From positions 3,720,001-3,784,000 of the forward strand of contig NC_058368.1 in the NCBI RefSeq assembly GCF_018350175.1: a stretch of DNA of 64,000 bases. Reading direction: 5' to 3'. The notes beneath the pieces are model-generated. The model saw only the letters and a list, made by a program, of their open reading frames with translations. It had not been told where the DNA came from and did no database searches. Shown here piece by piece: positions 61,906-64,000 of this stretch. The position numbers and the translations under genes were made by a program. How positions within the stretch are numbered: position 1 is the stretch's first letter; every line of letters starts with the position of its first letter. Source of the DNA: Felis catus (lineage: Eukaryota).

Positions 61906-62739
61906 AATGTCCATACCATCTAAAGTAATCTACAGAGTCAATGCAATTTTTATCAAATTCACAATAGAAATTTTTACAGAAACAGAAAAATAATTCTACA
62001 ATTATATGGAAGTACAGAGGACTCTGAATATACCAAAACCAATATTGAATAAGAAAAAGCTGGGGGCTTCATACTTCCTGGCTTTAAAATATATTACAAA
62101 GCTACAGTACTCAAAACATTAGGATACTGACATAAAAACAGACATACAAAACAATTAAACAGAATAGAGAATGAAGAAAACTTATGCATGTATGGTCAAA
62201 TTATCTTTGACAAGGATGCCAAGGCTACACAATGACAAAAACAAATGATGTTGGGAAAACTGGATACCCACATGCAAAAGAATAAAATTAAACATCTTTC
62301 TTATACTGTACACGAAAATGAACTCAAAATGGATTAGAGACCTGAAAATATAAAACTCCCAGAAGAAACCGTAGGGGAAAATCTTCATAATATTGGTCTG
62401 GTAGTGATTTCTTGGCTGTGATACCAAAAGCAAGGGCAATAAAAGCAACAATAGACAAATGGGACGACATCAAACTAAAAAGCTTCCGCACGGCAAAGAA
62501 AACAATCAACAATGTGAAAGGGCAACCTATGAAATGAGGGGAAATATTCGTAAACCACATATCTGAAAAGGGAATTCATGTCCTAATATGTATTTTTAAA
62601 ACTCCTACAATTTAATAGCAAATTTTTGATTTGCATGTCCCTGATGATTGGTGATGTTGAGCATCTTTTCATATACTTGTGAGCCATTCATATGTCTTCT
62701 TTGGACAAATGTTTAATCAACTCCTTTACCTATTTTATT

Positions 62740-63000
62740 TTATTTTATTGTTAAATTTTTATTTATTTTACAGAGAGAGAGGCAGAGAGAGAGGGAGACA
62801 GAGGATCTCAAGCAAGCTCTGCACTGACAGCTTTCTGCCTGATGCGGGGCTCAGTTGGTTAAGTGCCAGCTCAGGTCGTGATCTCACAGTTTGTGAGTTC
62901 GAGCCCACCCCATGAGGGTCTCCAAATCACAAACCGTGAGATCATGACCTGAGCCAGAGCCAGAGCCAGATGCTTAACCGACTGAGCCACCCGGTCACCC
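62740..63000 (-). mobile_element. Rearranged CAN-SINE with an internal inverted head fragment
   Basis: Minus-strand SINE containing a plus-strand head piece at about 62848-62906. Confidence 0.9.
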
Positions 63001-64000
63001 ATCACCTCAAACCTTTTAAGATGCCTATTATCAAAAAGACAAGAGATAACAAGTTTTAGTGTGGATATGAAGAAATCGGAACACTTATATGCTATTAGCG
63101 GGAATATGAAATGGTATAGATAGTTTAGAAAACAGTATGGACGTGCCTCAAAAAAATTAAAACAGAACTACCATGTGATCCAGCTATTCCATTTCTGGGT
63201 ATACACTCCAAAGAATTAAAAGTTCGATCTTGAAGAGCAATTTATACTCTGGTGTTCACCTCTCTCCGCAGTCAAGAGGTGGAAAAAACCTAAATGTCCA
63301 TTGATGGATGAATGGATAAAGAAAATGCGATATATGCTTACGGTGGAATAGTATTGAGCCACAAAAGAAAAAATGAGGAAATCCTGTCATATGCCACAAC
63401 ATGGATGAACCTTGAGGACATTATGTTAAGTGAAATAAGGCAATCACCAAAAGAGAAATGCTGTATGATTTCACCCATGTTTGGCCTCTAAAGTGGTCAA
63501 ACTCATAGACACAGAAAATAGAATGGCTGTTGCCAGGAGCTGGGAGGAGAGGGAGAAATAGGGAATTCGTGTTCAATGGGTAAAGAGTTTCCATTGCACA
63601 AGATGAAAAAATTCTAGAGATCTGTACAACACGGTGCTTACAGTTAACAATGCTGTACATTTGAATTTTTGCTACGAGGGTAGATCTTGTGTGTGTTTTA
63701 CTACAATAAGAAAAACTTGAAAATATTAGGTATACTTTACTGCTAAAAATATAAAATAATTAAACTATGTATATCGAATTGCCCTTATCAATACCCTGTG
63801 CTGAGAAAGTAAAAATACAGCTGCTACAATTCCTTTCATTTTTATATATAGTTTTCTACCTTTTACTAAAGGACTTTCCATCTCTCTTAAAAAATACAAG
63901 AAACTCTATTGGACATTTAGAAAAGATTTCACTAAGTTATATTTTAATAATATGGAAACTGAGACTTATATGAGTGACACAAATTTCCCAAGAATGTGCC

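Larger units (their letters stand above)
57626..63720 (+). mobile_element. Old near full-length L1 (L1MA-like 3' end) with deletions, three SINE insertions and a micro-inversion
   Basis: 5' UTR-like segment, A-rich ORF1 remnant, ORF2 remnants ([30 protein letters not shown], tttgcagatgacatgatc), and a typical 3' UTR ending near 63715. Confidence 0.88.

Overview
Repeat-dense mammalian genomic DNA, almost certainly felid (probably Felis), judged from about 43 tRNA-derived CAN-SINEs (five near-pristine SINEC_Fc-type copies) and feline-type L1 3' ends. I find no intact protein-coding gene. Most ORFs in the supplied track are translations of SINE, L1 or simple repeats. The main elements are: (1) a decayed, intronless, internally deleted HCFC1 retrocopy (about 51392-53263); (2) a young L1 directly beside it with a twin-priming inversion (49149-51378); (3) a deleted class I (gamma-like) provirus (20981-25039) with two LTRs, a tRNA-Arg-like PBS, two tandem Gag matrix starts, and protease and Env-TM remnants; (4) two solo LTRs, one CpG-rich with a perfect 5-bp TSD; (5) a near full-length old L1 (about 57626-63720) carrying a SINE-associated micro-inversion; (6) two Tigger-type DNA transposons, MaLR, L2 and MIR relics, microsatellites and a 190-bp local duplication. 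All family names and reference sequences are recalled from memory, not from a database search. Repeat boundaries are approximate unless a TSD is quoted.
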